Shown here: positions 14,101-32,494 of the stretch, piece after piece
Layout of the letters: each line of letters begins with the position of its first letter
Position numbering within the stretch: position 1 is the stretch's first letter
Translations under genes and position numbers: made by a program
The notes under the pieces: generated by a model
Database searches by the model: none
What the model was told of the DNA's origin: nothing
What the model saw: only the letters and a program-made list of their open reading frames with translations
Assembly (NCBI RefSeq): GCF_009914755.1
Contig: NC_060926.1
Direction: 5' to 3' (one strand)
Length of the DNA stretch: 64,000 nt
Source: the human T2T-CHM13v2.0 reference genome, Homo sapiens

Positions 14101-17100
14101 CTCCAGCACAACCCAGGCCCCAGTCCACCTCCCGGGCACTACAGCCACCCACAATGATGTCCTGCCCCTGAAGCCCCACTTCTGTGCTCTGGGGCGCTTC
14201 TGAGATGCCACCTCCTTCAAGAAGCCTTCCCTGATGACCTTAGTTGGTTGTGACCTCACTCTCCTTTGAGCACTTTATTTCTCCCTCTCCAGTGACCCCA
14301 GTCCCACTCTGCAGTTCTTCGTTAGCTGGGCGCATCCTAAACACACCGTGTCCCCTCAAAGCCAGCACAGGGCATGGCTTACAGGAAATGCTCAGCACAT
14401 CTCTGGAAAATGGAAGCGAATACGGTGGGAAAGTGCTGCTGCACTCAAGACAGGATGAGAATAACGAGCTGAAACTACAGCGGGAGGGATTTCAGGTGGA
14501 AGCAAAACAACCTGTTGACACGAGATTTGTTCAACTCAACAGATTGCTAAGTGTCGCTGAGAAGCCTCCCACCTCCCAGGATTTTTAATCAGAATCGGCA
14601 CTTTCCTCATCTGACCAAGATTCTGCAAAAGACACAGGAAGGTGGACGAGGCTTCTTAGAGCACTTCCTGCAGTGCTAGTCCACGTGAGCCACCCAAATG
14701 ATGAAAACAGACACAGCTAACAGGAGGGCTCCCGCTCCTCTAAGGCTGTAACGCACATGATCTCACTCCATCCTCACAACCACCTGTAAGCAGAATCCAC
14801 GCACACTCCCATGTTACAGGTGAGGAAACTGAGGCCCAGGGAATCGAGTTGTTGCCCAAGTTCCTGCCGCTGGGAGGTGTCAGAGTGCAGCTCCCTGTGA
14901 CTCGAGGGCCTCAAGCTGCCTTGACACTGGCTCATGTGGAAGCAAGTCCTACCCATCCACAGGTGGCGGCACACCACGTACACACACATCATGCACAGAC
15001 ACATGTGCACTGAACCTCGTCTTGCCCACACACTTAGCCAAGTGGAGGCAGGCTCGGATACAGACATAAATCTCAGGCTGACACTTCATGGATCTCAGAT
15101 TTGGTCATGTTCTTAGGGAAAAATCGTCAGAGAGAAATGATTGAAAATGAGCCCTCAAAATTAAAGTGGAAAGGGATCTGGCACCTTTAGTAGACCATTA
15201 AAGCCCTGCTCAGGAACAGCAAAGTCCCTGCAGAAACCCAGCCTCAGGCCAGGTGGGCTTCTGACGGGCTCTCTGCTCACATACTAATATTCAAACAAAA
15301 GTAGAAGCTATTCCCCGAGGGCCGCAGCATGGGGAATGGCATTGGGGTAGATGCTCTGGCCCTACCTGCTGGAGGCCAGAGACACACTCAACTCCCAGTG
15401 GGGCACGGGGTGGGGAGGATACGAGCACCAAGTCCAGGACCCCAGGCCAGCAAGTTGGAGGCAGCAGGAAGTACCCAGGGAGAGGCATGTGACTGGCACG
15501 TGAATGGCCCTCCAGGCCTCAGGCTCTGGGTAGCATGGACAACCCTGGGAAGAACTGGGCACCACCTCCCACAAACAGTCCCGTACCCAGCACTAAGAGC
15601 TCTCAGAGCTTAAACTCCTCTTTCAGACTGCAATTCTAAGGTTTGGGTTCTAATGCTGACATTTCGGGCCCAAAGATGGGGAGAGGGTGGTCTGTTTTAA
15701 CTCACCCATTAGAGTCCTCTTTCTACCTGGATCCCAAAAAGAGAAGCCTTGGGGGAGTCTGGCTCTTGCTGGGAAAGAACTTGGGTCTTTCAGGGAGGTG
15801 TGACCCTGAGGAGCTGGCCTGTAAGTAGGCAGTGGCCGCTGGGCAGCGGCGCACAGCAGCAGGGGGAAGGGAGCCCAGCACTAACCTGCCTCGCTGCCTC
15901 GGGGAGAGGACTGGAGGGCAGTGCGCTCCCCTCGCTCAGCAGACACCCTCGGAGGCCTCACCGCTTGTCCAATGGGGACCCAGGGAGGCAAGGCCCCTGT
16001 TTCCTGGAGATCACAAACTGAGAGCGGGGACAGACACATGCAGCAGCCCAGGTAAGAGGTATAGCATGGGGCATCTTCCCCCGAGTGCAGGCCTGGCTCC
16101 ACTTCTTCCTGCCGGTGACCCTGGACAAGGATTTTACCGTTTGTCCTGTCTTCCTAGCTTTTTGAGAACCACTGGCAGAGGTGGGTGTGAAAGCGATAGT
16201 AAAACATCCATAAGGGACTGAGGAGCTTACTGTGAATTGGACTTGAAAAGGAAACCTCAGAAATTATCCACACACAGGGATTTATACACAAACCTACAGG
16301 ATACACACGTGCCGAGGCTTAAAGGAGGCTGTACTTTTTACACCCTCTGCAGAGTCGGACGTGACCAACCCGTCTCTTGCAGGGACCCTCCTCACACTGC
16401 CTCTCCTTCCCAAGGCCCAACTCGCTGGGCGCCCTGATCTCTCTCATATCTCCTTCTCCTTGGAAGCCTTCCCCTATTACTGCCATGTGCCGAAAAACAG
16501 ACCACCCTGTCCCCATTGCTAGGCCTGAAATTCCACCACTAGAATCAGAGCCATAGAATGTCAAAGCTGGAATGGACCTTCCGGCTCTAGTCCAACCCCC
16601 ACCCCACAGAGGAATCCTGTCCGCAGACACCCTGACAGATGGCTGCTGGCGTCCTTTCCTAGGCTTCTCCAGGAAGGACTCAGAGGGCAGCCCTGTGGAC
16701 CAGTCCACTCCTTGAGTCTAGAAGGAATTCACCTTTCTTAGGGTCAGTCTCCTATGGAAGGCACTGGTGCCTGGGTGGGGTAACGAGGGAAGTTTGGTCG
16801 GCCTGAATCCGCAGCTGCTTATCTGGGGAGGAGCTGCACAGAGGAGGGGGACCCACCAGGGAGGCAGGCAGGTGCCAGAGCTGCTGCACAGGCCAGCCTG
16901 GTCCCTCGCCTGGAGCCAGCACATGTGCACACACAGACTCCCACCTTGACAGAGCCACCTGTCACAGCCCAAGCAGGGCCTCGGTAGAACCTGGAGGCAG
17001 AGGGGGACCATTTTGCCCCAGAAACCCAGCAGGAACTCCCTACAACCCAACTCTCCAAAGGCAGGCAGCTCAGAAAACTACCTGGAGATGGCCCCTGCTA

Positions 17101-19163
17101 GCCAACCAAAGAGGGTCCCCGGGATGCCTGGCCCCCCAAATCCCACAGGCCAGTCCTAACACCCAGGCAATAGCAAGGCGAATAGCTCCCCTGGCTGCAG
17201 CTGTCACATCTGCCCGCGAGGGAGGAGGCGACACTGGAGCAGCACCTGATCCCAGGATCCCTTCGTAGCCGCCCGCCCAGGAGGCGGTTCAGCCGCTGGC
17301 AGCCTAGGGTGAAACATGAAGACTGAGCAGGCCCTCAGGGATGCTGATGGCAGTCTCTGGGCACGGCAGTGAGGGGCAAGTTGGGTCACAGGGCGGACAG
17401 CGCTTCTCCCCAAGGCTTCTGTCCCCGCTGGTTTGGAGGGGGGGTAGCTGCGCGGCCCTGGGGCTCGGCCCTGCCCACCCTCCCGCCTGCCGCAGGCCAG
17501 AGCTGCCCTGCTGGGTGCCAGACGCCATGTTGGGTCAAGGTGCAGCCGCAGGGGGCTCCCCTCAGGAGCCGGGGGAGGCAGCCCCTGGGAACCAGAGGGC
17601 ACTGCTCCCCGCCCAGGGCGCCAACACCTCCTCAACTGGCCGTGCAGCGGAGAGAGGGTGCCAGGACGGAGGGGATGAGGAGAGGGGGAGAAATGGCAGA
17701 GGGGCGCTGGGGTGGGAGAGGGTGCCCCCAAGAAGGGAGGCTTCAGGAAAGCGAAAAGCAGTTTGGCAGCCCCAGGGCCGCGGGCCCCAGCGATGAGGGG
17801 CTGGGGGAGGCCAGGGGCGGGCCCTGGACCCGCGCCAGCCCGGTCCGCGCCGAAGGGGAGGGAAGGCAGGGCGGCCTGGGGGAGGGGAACTGGGGTGAGG
17901 GCGGGACACGGACAGCCGCCGCCTGCGGCTCCGAAGCTCGAGGTCTCCCGGGGTGCGGGGACGTGGGGCCGAAGACCCCGCTCCGCAGCCGCGGCGAGGC
18001 CTCGTCCTTCACTGTGCAGATGCGAAGCTTTCAAGGACACGTCTGCACCGGCCCGGCGGGGTGCGTGTGCGTGAGTGTGTCCGCGTGCGTGGGAGTGTGC
18101 GCGGGGGTGCTGGAGGGGCGACCCCGGGCGTACCCCCCCTGCGCCGCTCCCGGTCCCGGCCCCGCTACTTCCACCCCCGCGTTTTCCGGCCCCCGCGGCC
18201 CGGGCCCGGGCCCGGGATCCTCGCCCGCCCCCGCCCCGCCCCCACATTGCGGCGCCGCCACCGCGGCCGCCCGGGCACCCACGGCCCGCGGTGGGGACAG
18301 GGAGGAGCCGGGCACGACCACCCCTCTCCGTGCCGCCGGCACTCCGGGGGAAGGTGTGCCCCCAAGGCGGGCGCTCTCCCCGGCCCCGCCGCCCCTCCCG
18401 GCCCCGCCGGCGCCCCGCACCCCCAGCCACAGGTGGCCGGAGGAGGATCGCGGCGCGGCGCTCCCCGGCCCGGCCCCGCCATCACCCCTCGGCCCGCCCC
18501 CGGGGGCCTCCCGGGTCCCCCGCCCCGCGGGGCCGAGGAGGGCCGGGCGCCGGGGGGAGGGGCGGGGGGCCGGGTCGTGCCAGGCTGCCATTTTCTGCCG
18601 CCGCCGCGGAGCCTGCGCGGGGCCCGGCCCCCGCCCCCTCCCCCGCTCCCCCGGACCGCCGCGGGGGCCGATCCTTCTGGGTCGGGGTCCGCGCCCTCCG
18701 GCGCCCTGGCCGCGGGCTCCAGGCGGGGCCGCGGGGCTGGGGCAGAGCCCGGAAGGCGGGGGCGGCCCGGCCGGGGCCCCTGCGGCAGCGGCGAGCCGGG
18801 CACCGCGGCGCAGGCCGGCGGTGGAGGGGCCCCCCGCGGCATTGTATAGACTTGAACTTGAGCCCGGAGCCGGGCGGGGGCGGGGAGGGGGGTCCGCGCC
18901 GGGAGCGGGCGGGACGGGAGGGGGCGCCTGCCGAGCCCGCGGGGACATAAACAAACCCTCAAATCCCCCGCGCCGCCCCGGCCAGCCCGGCCCGCCGTCC
19001 CCGCCTGCAGTCCCGGCCCCACGGGCGCCCGGCGCCGAGTTGCAGGGGTCCGGGAGCGTGCCCCGAGCCGGGCACTGCCAGCCGCGGCGCCCCCCGCCCG
19101 GCTCCCCGGCTCCCCGCCGCCTCCGGGCCGGCCTTCCGGGCCGCCAGCAGCGGCGCTCATTAC

Positions 19164-19263
19164 CGTATGGCCGGTGGGGTCGGGCCGGCCCGGCTGCGCG
19201 CCCTGGTGCCGCGGCGCCGCGTCCCGGCTCGTCCTCTGCTCTCGCCGCCGCCGCCGCCCGCGC
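19164..19263 (-). other. DNMT3A: DNMT3A alternative non-coding exon 1 (proximal); TSS approximate
   Basis: Minus strand ...GGCCCGACCCCACCGGCCATACG|GTAATG matches recalled DNMT3A 5'UTR, followed by a GT donor. Confidence 0.88.
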
Positions 19264-19767
19264 GCCCTCCCTCCCTCCCGGCCCGCCTGCCTGCCTCGCT
19301 CGCTCGCTCCCTCCCTCCGCTCGCTGTCGCGCTCCCTCTCTCCGCCTCCTCCGCCGGGTCCCCCCCTCCCACCCCTTCTCTCCGCCTTCCTCCTTCCCTC
19401 CCTCCGGCCGCCCGCGGGCCCAGGCCTCCGCCCGCCGCTCGCCCCCCGCGGCCGCGCTGGCCCCGGCCCCGGCGCTGCGGAGCCGGCCCGGGAGGCAGCG
19501 CCGACTGGGGGGCCCCGGGGCGCCGCGGCGGGAGCGGCCTGGGCGCGCGGCCGGTCCTAGCGCCCTCGGCGCGACTTCCCGGCCTCTGCGGCCCCGCCGG
19601 GGTCCCCGCACGCCGCTTGGCGGAGGTCTGGACCCCGCACCGCCCAGACCGGGGGCCGGGCCCCGGGCGCCCCGCCTCGGCCGCGCTCCCGGCCACTCAG
19701 AGCCCCTCGAGTCGTAGCCGAGCTCCGGGCCTCGCCGCAGCCCTCCCCACGCTGGGCGCCCCGCTAC

Positions 19768-19928
19768 CTGGCGCTGCTTCTGCGCTGGGTCCCCGCATCC
19801 AGCACTGGCCGCAGGGACAGCGGCCCCTCCTCTCCCCGGGCCGGTGTCAAGTGCCTCCCCCCGCAGCCCGCGGAGCCCCCGGCGGCCTTCGCCCTGCAGT
19901 TCTCCCGACCTCCGCCAGAGCCCACTGC
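19768..19928 (-). other. DNMT3A: DNMT3A alternative non-coding exon 1 (distal)
   Basis: Minus strand GCAGTGGGCTCTGGCGGAGGTCGGGAGAAC...GAAGCAGCGCCAG|GTAGCG matches a recalled DNMT3A mRNA 5' end; GT donor. Confidence 0.9.
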
Positions 19929-21435
19929 GCTCTGCCTGCCTCAGCACTGGGGCTGGGGACAGCAGCGCTGGCCCAACCGCGCCGCAACCCCCAGCCAGGT
20001 GCCGCCGCGGAGTAGAGGCCACTCTGCTCTACAGGGCCAAGGTCGGAGCGCCAGGCTCCTCCTGGCCGTCCCGCAGGCTCCAAAGCCTCTCTGAGATGAG
20101 CTGCCTTGAAGGGAGTGAGTTCCCCGTACCTTGAGGTGTCCAAGTAGAGTTGGGTGTCCTCAGTTGGGCACTGGAAGACTGAAAGATTTCATGAGGTGGG
20201 AGGTTGAATGAAATGACATTGAAGGTCTCTTCCAGCTGGAAGATTCTGTGTGTGCCTACACACCGCCCTCACCCCTTCACCGTGGGGGCTGTTCTCCTTC
20301 CCCATGGAGCGCTCAGGGCTCTAGGTTCCTGACTTGGGGCACCTCTGTCTAATTCCACCAGCACAGCCACTCACTGTGTGCTCATCTCACTCCTCCAGCA
20401 GCCGCTGTAGGACTTGGGGCTGGGCACCCCCCCACCCCCGCCTCCAGCCTCCTTGCGCGCCCCAGCACCCCACCAGCCACCCGCAGCTCTGCACCCCGAA
20501 TTCTACTCAGCACTTCAGCTATATCACAGTGCCCTGAGCTCCCTGACTGGCACAGGACATGGCGTGCTCCCTTCCCAGGGACCCGCCATCCTACTTGTGG
20601 GCAGGGATTGCTGGAGTTGGTGGTGGGACTCACTTCACAGTGAAGCGGATCCTACTTTTCCCTTCTCCCCATGCAGCCCAGCACCCGCCCCCCCAACGCC
20701 ACCCTTTTAGCGTCACAGAACCGAGTTGCCAAGTTCTCTGGGACCGGGAGCTGACCTTTCATACAGACGGGAAGGTTTTCCTTCGGGAGGTTCTCCAATG
20801 CTTCCAGGTCCCTCCGTCTCCCCAACCCCCACCCTGAGCCTCGATATCTGAGACCAGCTTCTAGGCCATAGTTCTGGCCGTTTTCAGTGTCACCCTCACT
20901 CAAGTGGCCACCCCGCCCTACTGATGATAGGCCCTGCTGTCCATGGTCCCCACCGGCCCAGAGACTCCCAGTGCTCTGTGAGGACAGGGGCCGCGTCTGT
21001 CATCCCTGTAGCCCAGCACTTGGTGCTAGGAGATTCTCAGTAAACCTTGGTGGAATTAACATGTGACCCTCCTGGGCTGTTCGCTTTCTACATCAGGAGG
21101 GGCATCCGTGAACACTCTAAATGGCGCACCCAGCTTGGCAAAGGAGAAGACCGTTTATAGAAGGATGACTGAGATACCTCTGCCTTCATCAAGGGCTTAC
21201 ATATAACACGGCCCCAAACAGCAGCGACTGTTTACTGAGTGTCTACTATGTGCCAGGCACCAGACATGGTATTTTCTCTAGTCTTCACTAGCCCTGTGAT
21301 ATGGCTTGTACTCTCCTCACGCTACAGATGAAGAAACTGAGGCTCAGTCTTAGTCAAAGCCATACAGTTGGGAAGTGGCAGAGTCAGGATTCAAAGCCAG
21401 GTTCATCCGGCTCTGAAATCACCCCACATCACATC

Positions 21436-21740
21436 TTTTTTTTTTTTCTTTTATTGAGACACAGTCTCGCTCTGTTGCCCAGACTGGAGTGCAGTGGAGT
21501 GATCATGGCTCACTGTAGCCTCGACATTCTGGGCTCAACCAATCCTCCTGCCTCAGCCTTCTGAGTATCTGGGACTATAGATGCACACCACCATGCCTGG
21601 CTAATTTATTATTATTATTTGTAGAGATAGGGGCCTCTCTATGTTGATCAGGCTGGTCTTGAACTCCTGGGCTCAGGTGATGCTCCTATCTCAGGCTCCC
21701 AAGGTGTTGGGATGACAGGCATGAGCCATCGTGCCCAGCC
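21436..21740 (-). mobile_element. Alu (AluJ-type)
   Basis: Diverged reverse Alu with J-like 'ctgggctcaa' segments. Confidence 0.92.
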
Positions 21741-21787
21741 CACACCACACTTTTGAAACATAGTTGCTCTTAAGAAGCTGAAATTCA

Positions 21788-22098
<311 letters not shown>

Positions 22099-22669
22099 TC
22101 AGGGCCATGATGAGCAAATGTAAATTTCTATTCAATAGGGCTATTTATGATGACATTATTAGGAGCCACCAAAGTCACTTAGTATGGTAAAGTATGTAAC
22201 CTTGGATGTATGGGTTGCTGGGGTCAAGAGGTCCAAGGTGACTGTGTTAGGGGGTTTATGTCTGTTAAGAAACAACCGTTTGGCTACAGGGTTGGTTCCA
22301 GACCCTGACCTTAATGTCTTTGGTCCCAAGAGGAGGCATATCTGTGCTAGCTAACCCTCATCACTGCACCTCATACTGGGTTAACTCAGGTTGGTTTAGC
22401 CTCTCGGCTTCTACACCCCTCACTTGTGTCTGCCGCACTGTGGCCTCATCAGAATCCTGGCTGATCCTAGATTATCTAGGGTATGTGGCAGTATCAGGAC
22501 AGGCTAGGTTGTCCTGCAGTAACAAACAACTCCAAATCTCAGTGACTCAAAACCACAAAGTTTCTATGGAAAACAGTATGGTAGTACCTCAAAAAAAATT
22601 AAACATAGAATTACCATATAACCCAGCAGTTCCACTTCCGGTGTACAGTCAAAATAATTGAAAGCAGAA

Positions 22670-23100
<431 letters not shown>

Positions 23101-23455
23101 TGAATAAGCAAAATGCAGTCTATCCACACAATAGAAGATGATCCAGCCTTAAAAAGGAGGGAGTCCTGACACCTGTTAACAACATGCATGAACCTTGAGG
23201 ATACTATGCTAAATGAAATGAGGCAGACACAAATGCATAAATACTGTAGGATTCCACTCATATGAGGGTCCTGGAGTAGTCAGACTCACAGAGACAGAAG
23301 TGGAATGGTGGGTGCCAGGGGCTGCGGGGAGGGGGAATGGGGACTTGGTATTTAACGGGGATAGAGTTTCAGTTTGGGAAGATGAAAAAGTTCTGGAGAT
23401 GGATGGCGGTGGTGGTTGTACTTATGACACTGAACTATACACTTAAAAATGATTA

Positions 23456-24378
<923 letters not shown>

Positions 24379-25768
24379 TTACCACAATAAAAAAAATAGA
24401 GCATAGTCCAACTGTACATTACATTTCTTCAGTAGATTACCAACGAACCGCGAAAGTTCCTTCTCTTGCCCGTGTCACATGTCTATCGCAGGTTTGCAGA
24501 GGGGTAGAGGTAGGGGGCTCTGCTCATTGAATACTCAGGGACCCTGGTCGACAGAAAAGCCACTATCTCAAGGAGAGTACCAGAGGGTGTCCCATTGACA
24601 AAAGGCACTTGTCACTATAGGCAGTCACACAGCTCCATTCACTTACAAGGACCAGGAAGTAAATGCTACCATGGGCCTCAAAGTGGGGAGAACTAGATAG
24701 AGTTAGCACCAGTGACTACCACAGGGGCCCTCCCAGCCCCCTCACAGGTCACATGCTCCTCTAACATCCTCTACCCAGGGTCTCCAGCGGAAGGCTTAGC
24801 TCCTACACTCCTGACTCAAAAGAGAAAAGTGGCAGTAGGTCTACCCTTGCCCCCAACATCCTGACAGAGACGTGTCTTCTCCATCCATGCTCTTCTCAAA
24901 CCATCCCATCTGCCTTTGGCACAGTGGGTGACCTTCCATCCTCCTTCCTGACTTCCAGACCTGGCTCACCTACCAGCTGCTCAGCGACTTCCACCCCCAC
25001 AGTGACTCACCACTGCAGTCATCTTAATATCCCCTCCATGTGACACCTACGAGGAGAACTATGTCCTGGACCTCATCACCGTAGGTTCTTCATCTGTAAC
25101 ACATGGGGATCCTTCTACCCGCCTTCCAGGTAGGGCTGTCACATTAGTCAAGATTCTCTCTGTTACAGTAACAGAATGCCAGCCTGAATTAGTCTGAACA
25201 GAGGGATTCTGTTGTTTAGAATTGAGACAATTGTGAAGCCCAGAGTTGGGGATTTAGGACTAGGAAAACCTAGTTCAAATGCCAGCTCCAGAGTGCACTC
25301 TCTCCCTGCTCTCTCTCTTTCTTCCCCTGTTTCCATCGCTCACGACTGCTTCCCACTATTTTGGCATCTTTCCCTCCTACTTTAAACAAACTCCACACAG
25401 CCTTGGAAGATGGTGACCAGCAGCCTCAGGCTCACATGCTTCCAGCTTAGAATCCCAGTGGAAGAATATCATTTTCTTTTCCTTCAAGAAAGGAAGGAGG
25501 ACTTCAGGAAATCCCCTAATGCCTCCACAACATAAAGCTCTGGGTCTTTTAACAACCCCTCACTCCCAACCCTGATCCTCAGACACACAATTGCCCTGGT
25601 TTTTGTTTCTGTTTTTGTTTTTCTTCAATGTCACCCTCTCTCAAGGGGCCATCCCTAGCAGAAAAGTTCCAGGGACTACTTCAGTTGTTCTGGCGTTGGT
25701 CACAAGTCCAACCTGAACCAGGTTCTGTGGCCAGTGGGATAGCACAGATTACATGCCCACTCCTGTAA

Positions 25769-26246
<478 letters not shown>

Positions 26247-27544
26247 ATGGGTGAACTTTCAAAAGTGCTCCTGCACTTGACAGAGCTGGTGACTGACTGC
26301 ACAGCACTGTGAATGCACTAAATGCCGTGGAATTGTACAATTTAAAGTGGTTAATTTAATATTATATGAATTTCATCTCAATAGAAAATATATTGTTAAA
26401 AATGCTCCTGCTCATGTAAAGAACCCACCCCATCCACAACTAAAAATGCATTTACTCTCTTTTTGCGAAAAAGATAATCCAAGTCGTGGCCAGCTCTAAG
26501 ACCAAGATCTCTGAGTAATGTGCATGCCTCTCCATGGGGTCTCAGTGTGGCTTCTTCTTATCCTGTACCCTGTGGTTAAATTGTAAACTCAACCACCCCA
26601 AAGCACCATACATACAGTGGTGGAGAGAAAATAGATGATCCACAATGAAGACTGGCTTTAGAAGAAGCTAGAAGGGAAAGAGTATGCAGGGGCTACCCGT
26701 CCGTGGCCTACATGACACCCAGCCAGGGCTCACATCTTGGCAGTGGAGCCAGGTCCTGGCCTGACTCCCTGGGAGAATTTCCCTGGTTCATTGTGGTCCG
26801 TGGCTGCTCCTGAGGGCTGAGGGGAAGAAGTCGTTTTTGAGGAGGACAAGCTTCCTCTTGGCCTGATCATGTTTTCCTGGGGATTCCTTCAGAGGTTGGG
26901 CAATCCCTAGGTTTGGGGAATGCAATGTCACTTCCTTACAACCTCAGGCAGCTGCCAGCCAGCTCACTTCCTGGGAATGCTGTGGACAAGCAGCCAGCCC
27001 CCCAAAGACCCAAAGCTGCTGAGTAGATCATTGCGCATGCGCCCCGTAGACATTGCGAACATCAAATCAAGTGGATACTAAAGTGCTTTGTAAACCCATA
27101 AAATGCCGTTATCCTCATTCACTGAGAAAATCCTAGATACGAGTTCACTCTGTATGGTTTTATATGTGCCCGTTCACCGTATTTTATTCAACTATGTTTA
27201 CTCTCTTATCGGATTTCTCACAGCAACTTCTACTAATGTCCCCCAACTTCTAGATGCTAACTTAACCCCTTCCCCCAGGAGACACCTCAGAAATATATAC
27301 ATTCACTTGTTCTGTCACCTGAGAGCACCTAGACACAATAAAACCTCAATAGCCATAAATAAAACTAGTGTCCAGAACTTGGTTTCTAAATACCAGTCTT
27401 TACTGGAAGGCACTGGACCTGCCTGGAGAAATAGCAGATTCCAGAATTGGGTCGAGCAAGGGACAAGCAGACTTGTCCCTTGTCCCAAAAGGGGCTGCCA
27501 CTGGTGGAATATGGGACAATTTGAGCACCAAAATAAATAATGAT

Positions 27545-28303
<759 letters not shown>

Positions 28304-28871
28304 GATATTAATAGATTATAACCCATAGTCCACACTGACAGAAATAACTAGATAATAAACAGCAAGTTTAGTGAGGAATGGGATGTTTACATGGTCTCAA
28401 AGTACTTCCCCACAAAATACTTATTAATTACAAAGCGACAAAGAGTAACTTTACAATGGAAAAGGCTGGAACACATCACTTTAATCAAGTGATTGAAAGA
28501 AAAGTTAATGTTGTCAGTAATTGGGCAAATCCAAATGGTGCACCACCTACCAAGATGCAGTCAGAAGGACACGGCATCATTTCTGTGATGTTCCTGCCAA
28601 AGGTGCATGCCTGAATCTGACCTTGAGGAGACACCAGACGAACCCAAAATGAGAGCTGTTTTACAAATTAACTGGCTTGCATTTTTTGAAAGTGTCAAGA
28701 TCATGAAAGTCAAAGAAAGGTTGAGAAACCGTTACGTATTGATGGAAACTAAAGACATAGGAAAACTAAATGTGCAATTCTGAACTGGATTTTATTTGCT
28801 ATAAAGGACATTATTGGAACAACCGGAGAAAACTGAATGGGGTCTGAGGATTAGATAGTAGTAATGTATCA

Positions 28872-29644
<773 letters not shown>

Positions 29645-30389
29645 TTATTCACAAATGGTTCCCCCTCAAAATAAGTACTTTGTACCATATTGGCAAATTT
29701 TCTGTAAGTTTGAGATTGTTTCAAAATTAAAAATTACCCCCAGGAAGATAGCATTTTGCCTTCCCACCAGAAATATATGTGAGAGAGCCTTGTTCATTGA
29801 GTTCGTTGTCAAACTCTTGGATTTTTGCCCATGTAATAGGTGAGCATTGGGTTCTCGCTGTATGTTTTCTTTCGCATTTCTCTGATTATGAGGGGATTGA
29901 GCATCTTTCCATGTGTCTAAGGACCATTAGCATGTTGACTGTTAATCTATCAGGCTGTGGTCTTTCTCTTCTTGATTTTTATGACCTCTTTATACATTTT
30001 ATGACCTCTTTATACATATACACCCCTAACTCTGTACTCTCCCTTCATCTCTCTAAGTTCTCCCCCATTTCTGCTGCTTCTCCAGAGGGAAGAGGGAAGG
30101 AGCTGCCATCTATGGAACCCAATCTCACTTCATCTGCACCGAGCATGGTCTCAGGGAGCATAGCGAGACATCTCACCATCCACCCAGCTTTCCGTGGGGT
30201 GCATTAGTTTCAAGATGAAAGATTAGAAACCTGTGGTCATGTACTTTCGGATACAAACGTTTTAGTGAGTATAAAGCAGTGGTGGTTTTTTTTTTTCATT
30301 CATATTCTTTTATTAGGTAATGTACCCCCTAATTTATAAGTTGAGTTCCATATAACTCAATAAAGGGGGTGTCATTTTTAAAGTTAAAC

Positions 30390-31500
<1,111 letters not shown>

Positions 31501-31658
31501 ACAGCTTAGAAAACTGAGGCCAGAGAGTGAAGCAACTGCACAGGCATAATACGGCACAGCTGGCATTTCAGCTCCAGTCCATTTGCCAGAGTCACACGGG
31601 ATGACAGGTGAGAAACAGACCAGGCAGCTTCAATGGGATAGATGGAGACTTGACGTCA

Positions 31659-32100
<442 letters not shown>

Positions 32101-32494
32101 CCACAAAGGGAACATCTATTGCTGACTGAAAACAGATGAGGAGGGACGTAGCAACTGATTTGCATTGTTCTAGGAGCATCCAGATCAAACGTATATTCAG
32201 GGGCCAGAGGAGAAGTGTAACTGAATTTAGAGGAGCGGATGGAGTGGAGAATAACTCGAGGAACAGCGCCATCGGTGTGACACTACTCACACTGCAGCCA
32301 TGAAGGGATGGGCTCTCCGGGGAGTGTGGAGACCAGAGGTTCGGGGGTAGGCTACAACCTGGGGCTGGAAGAGATGACAACAAAGGAGAGAGAAGGGGGC
32401 TCAGGGAGGCAGGGCGAGCCAGATGAATGAATGAAGGCCAAAGACAAAGGGACTCAGTATTTCCGAGGCAAGAGGTCAGGGAGGAAGGAGTGCA

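Larger units (their letters stand above)
17330..20090. promoter_or_regulatory. DNMT3A: DNMT3A (long isoform) promoter CpG island
   Basis: Extremely GC- and CpG-rich; many GC boxes; YY1-like AAAATGGC on minus strand (~18587-18594); contains both first exons. Confidence 0.95.

Noticed and set aside
17204-20022. Long ORFs of 782, 663, 408 and 331 aa
   Set aside because: They overlap on both strands of a CpG island, are Pro/Gly/Ala/Arg low-complexity, and reflect stop-codon scarcity at extreme GC; the real exons here are non-coding
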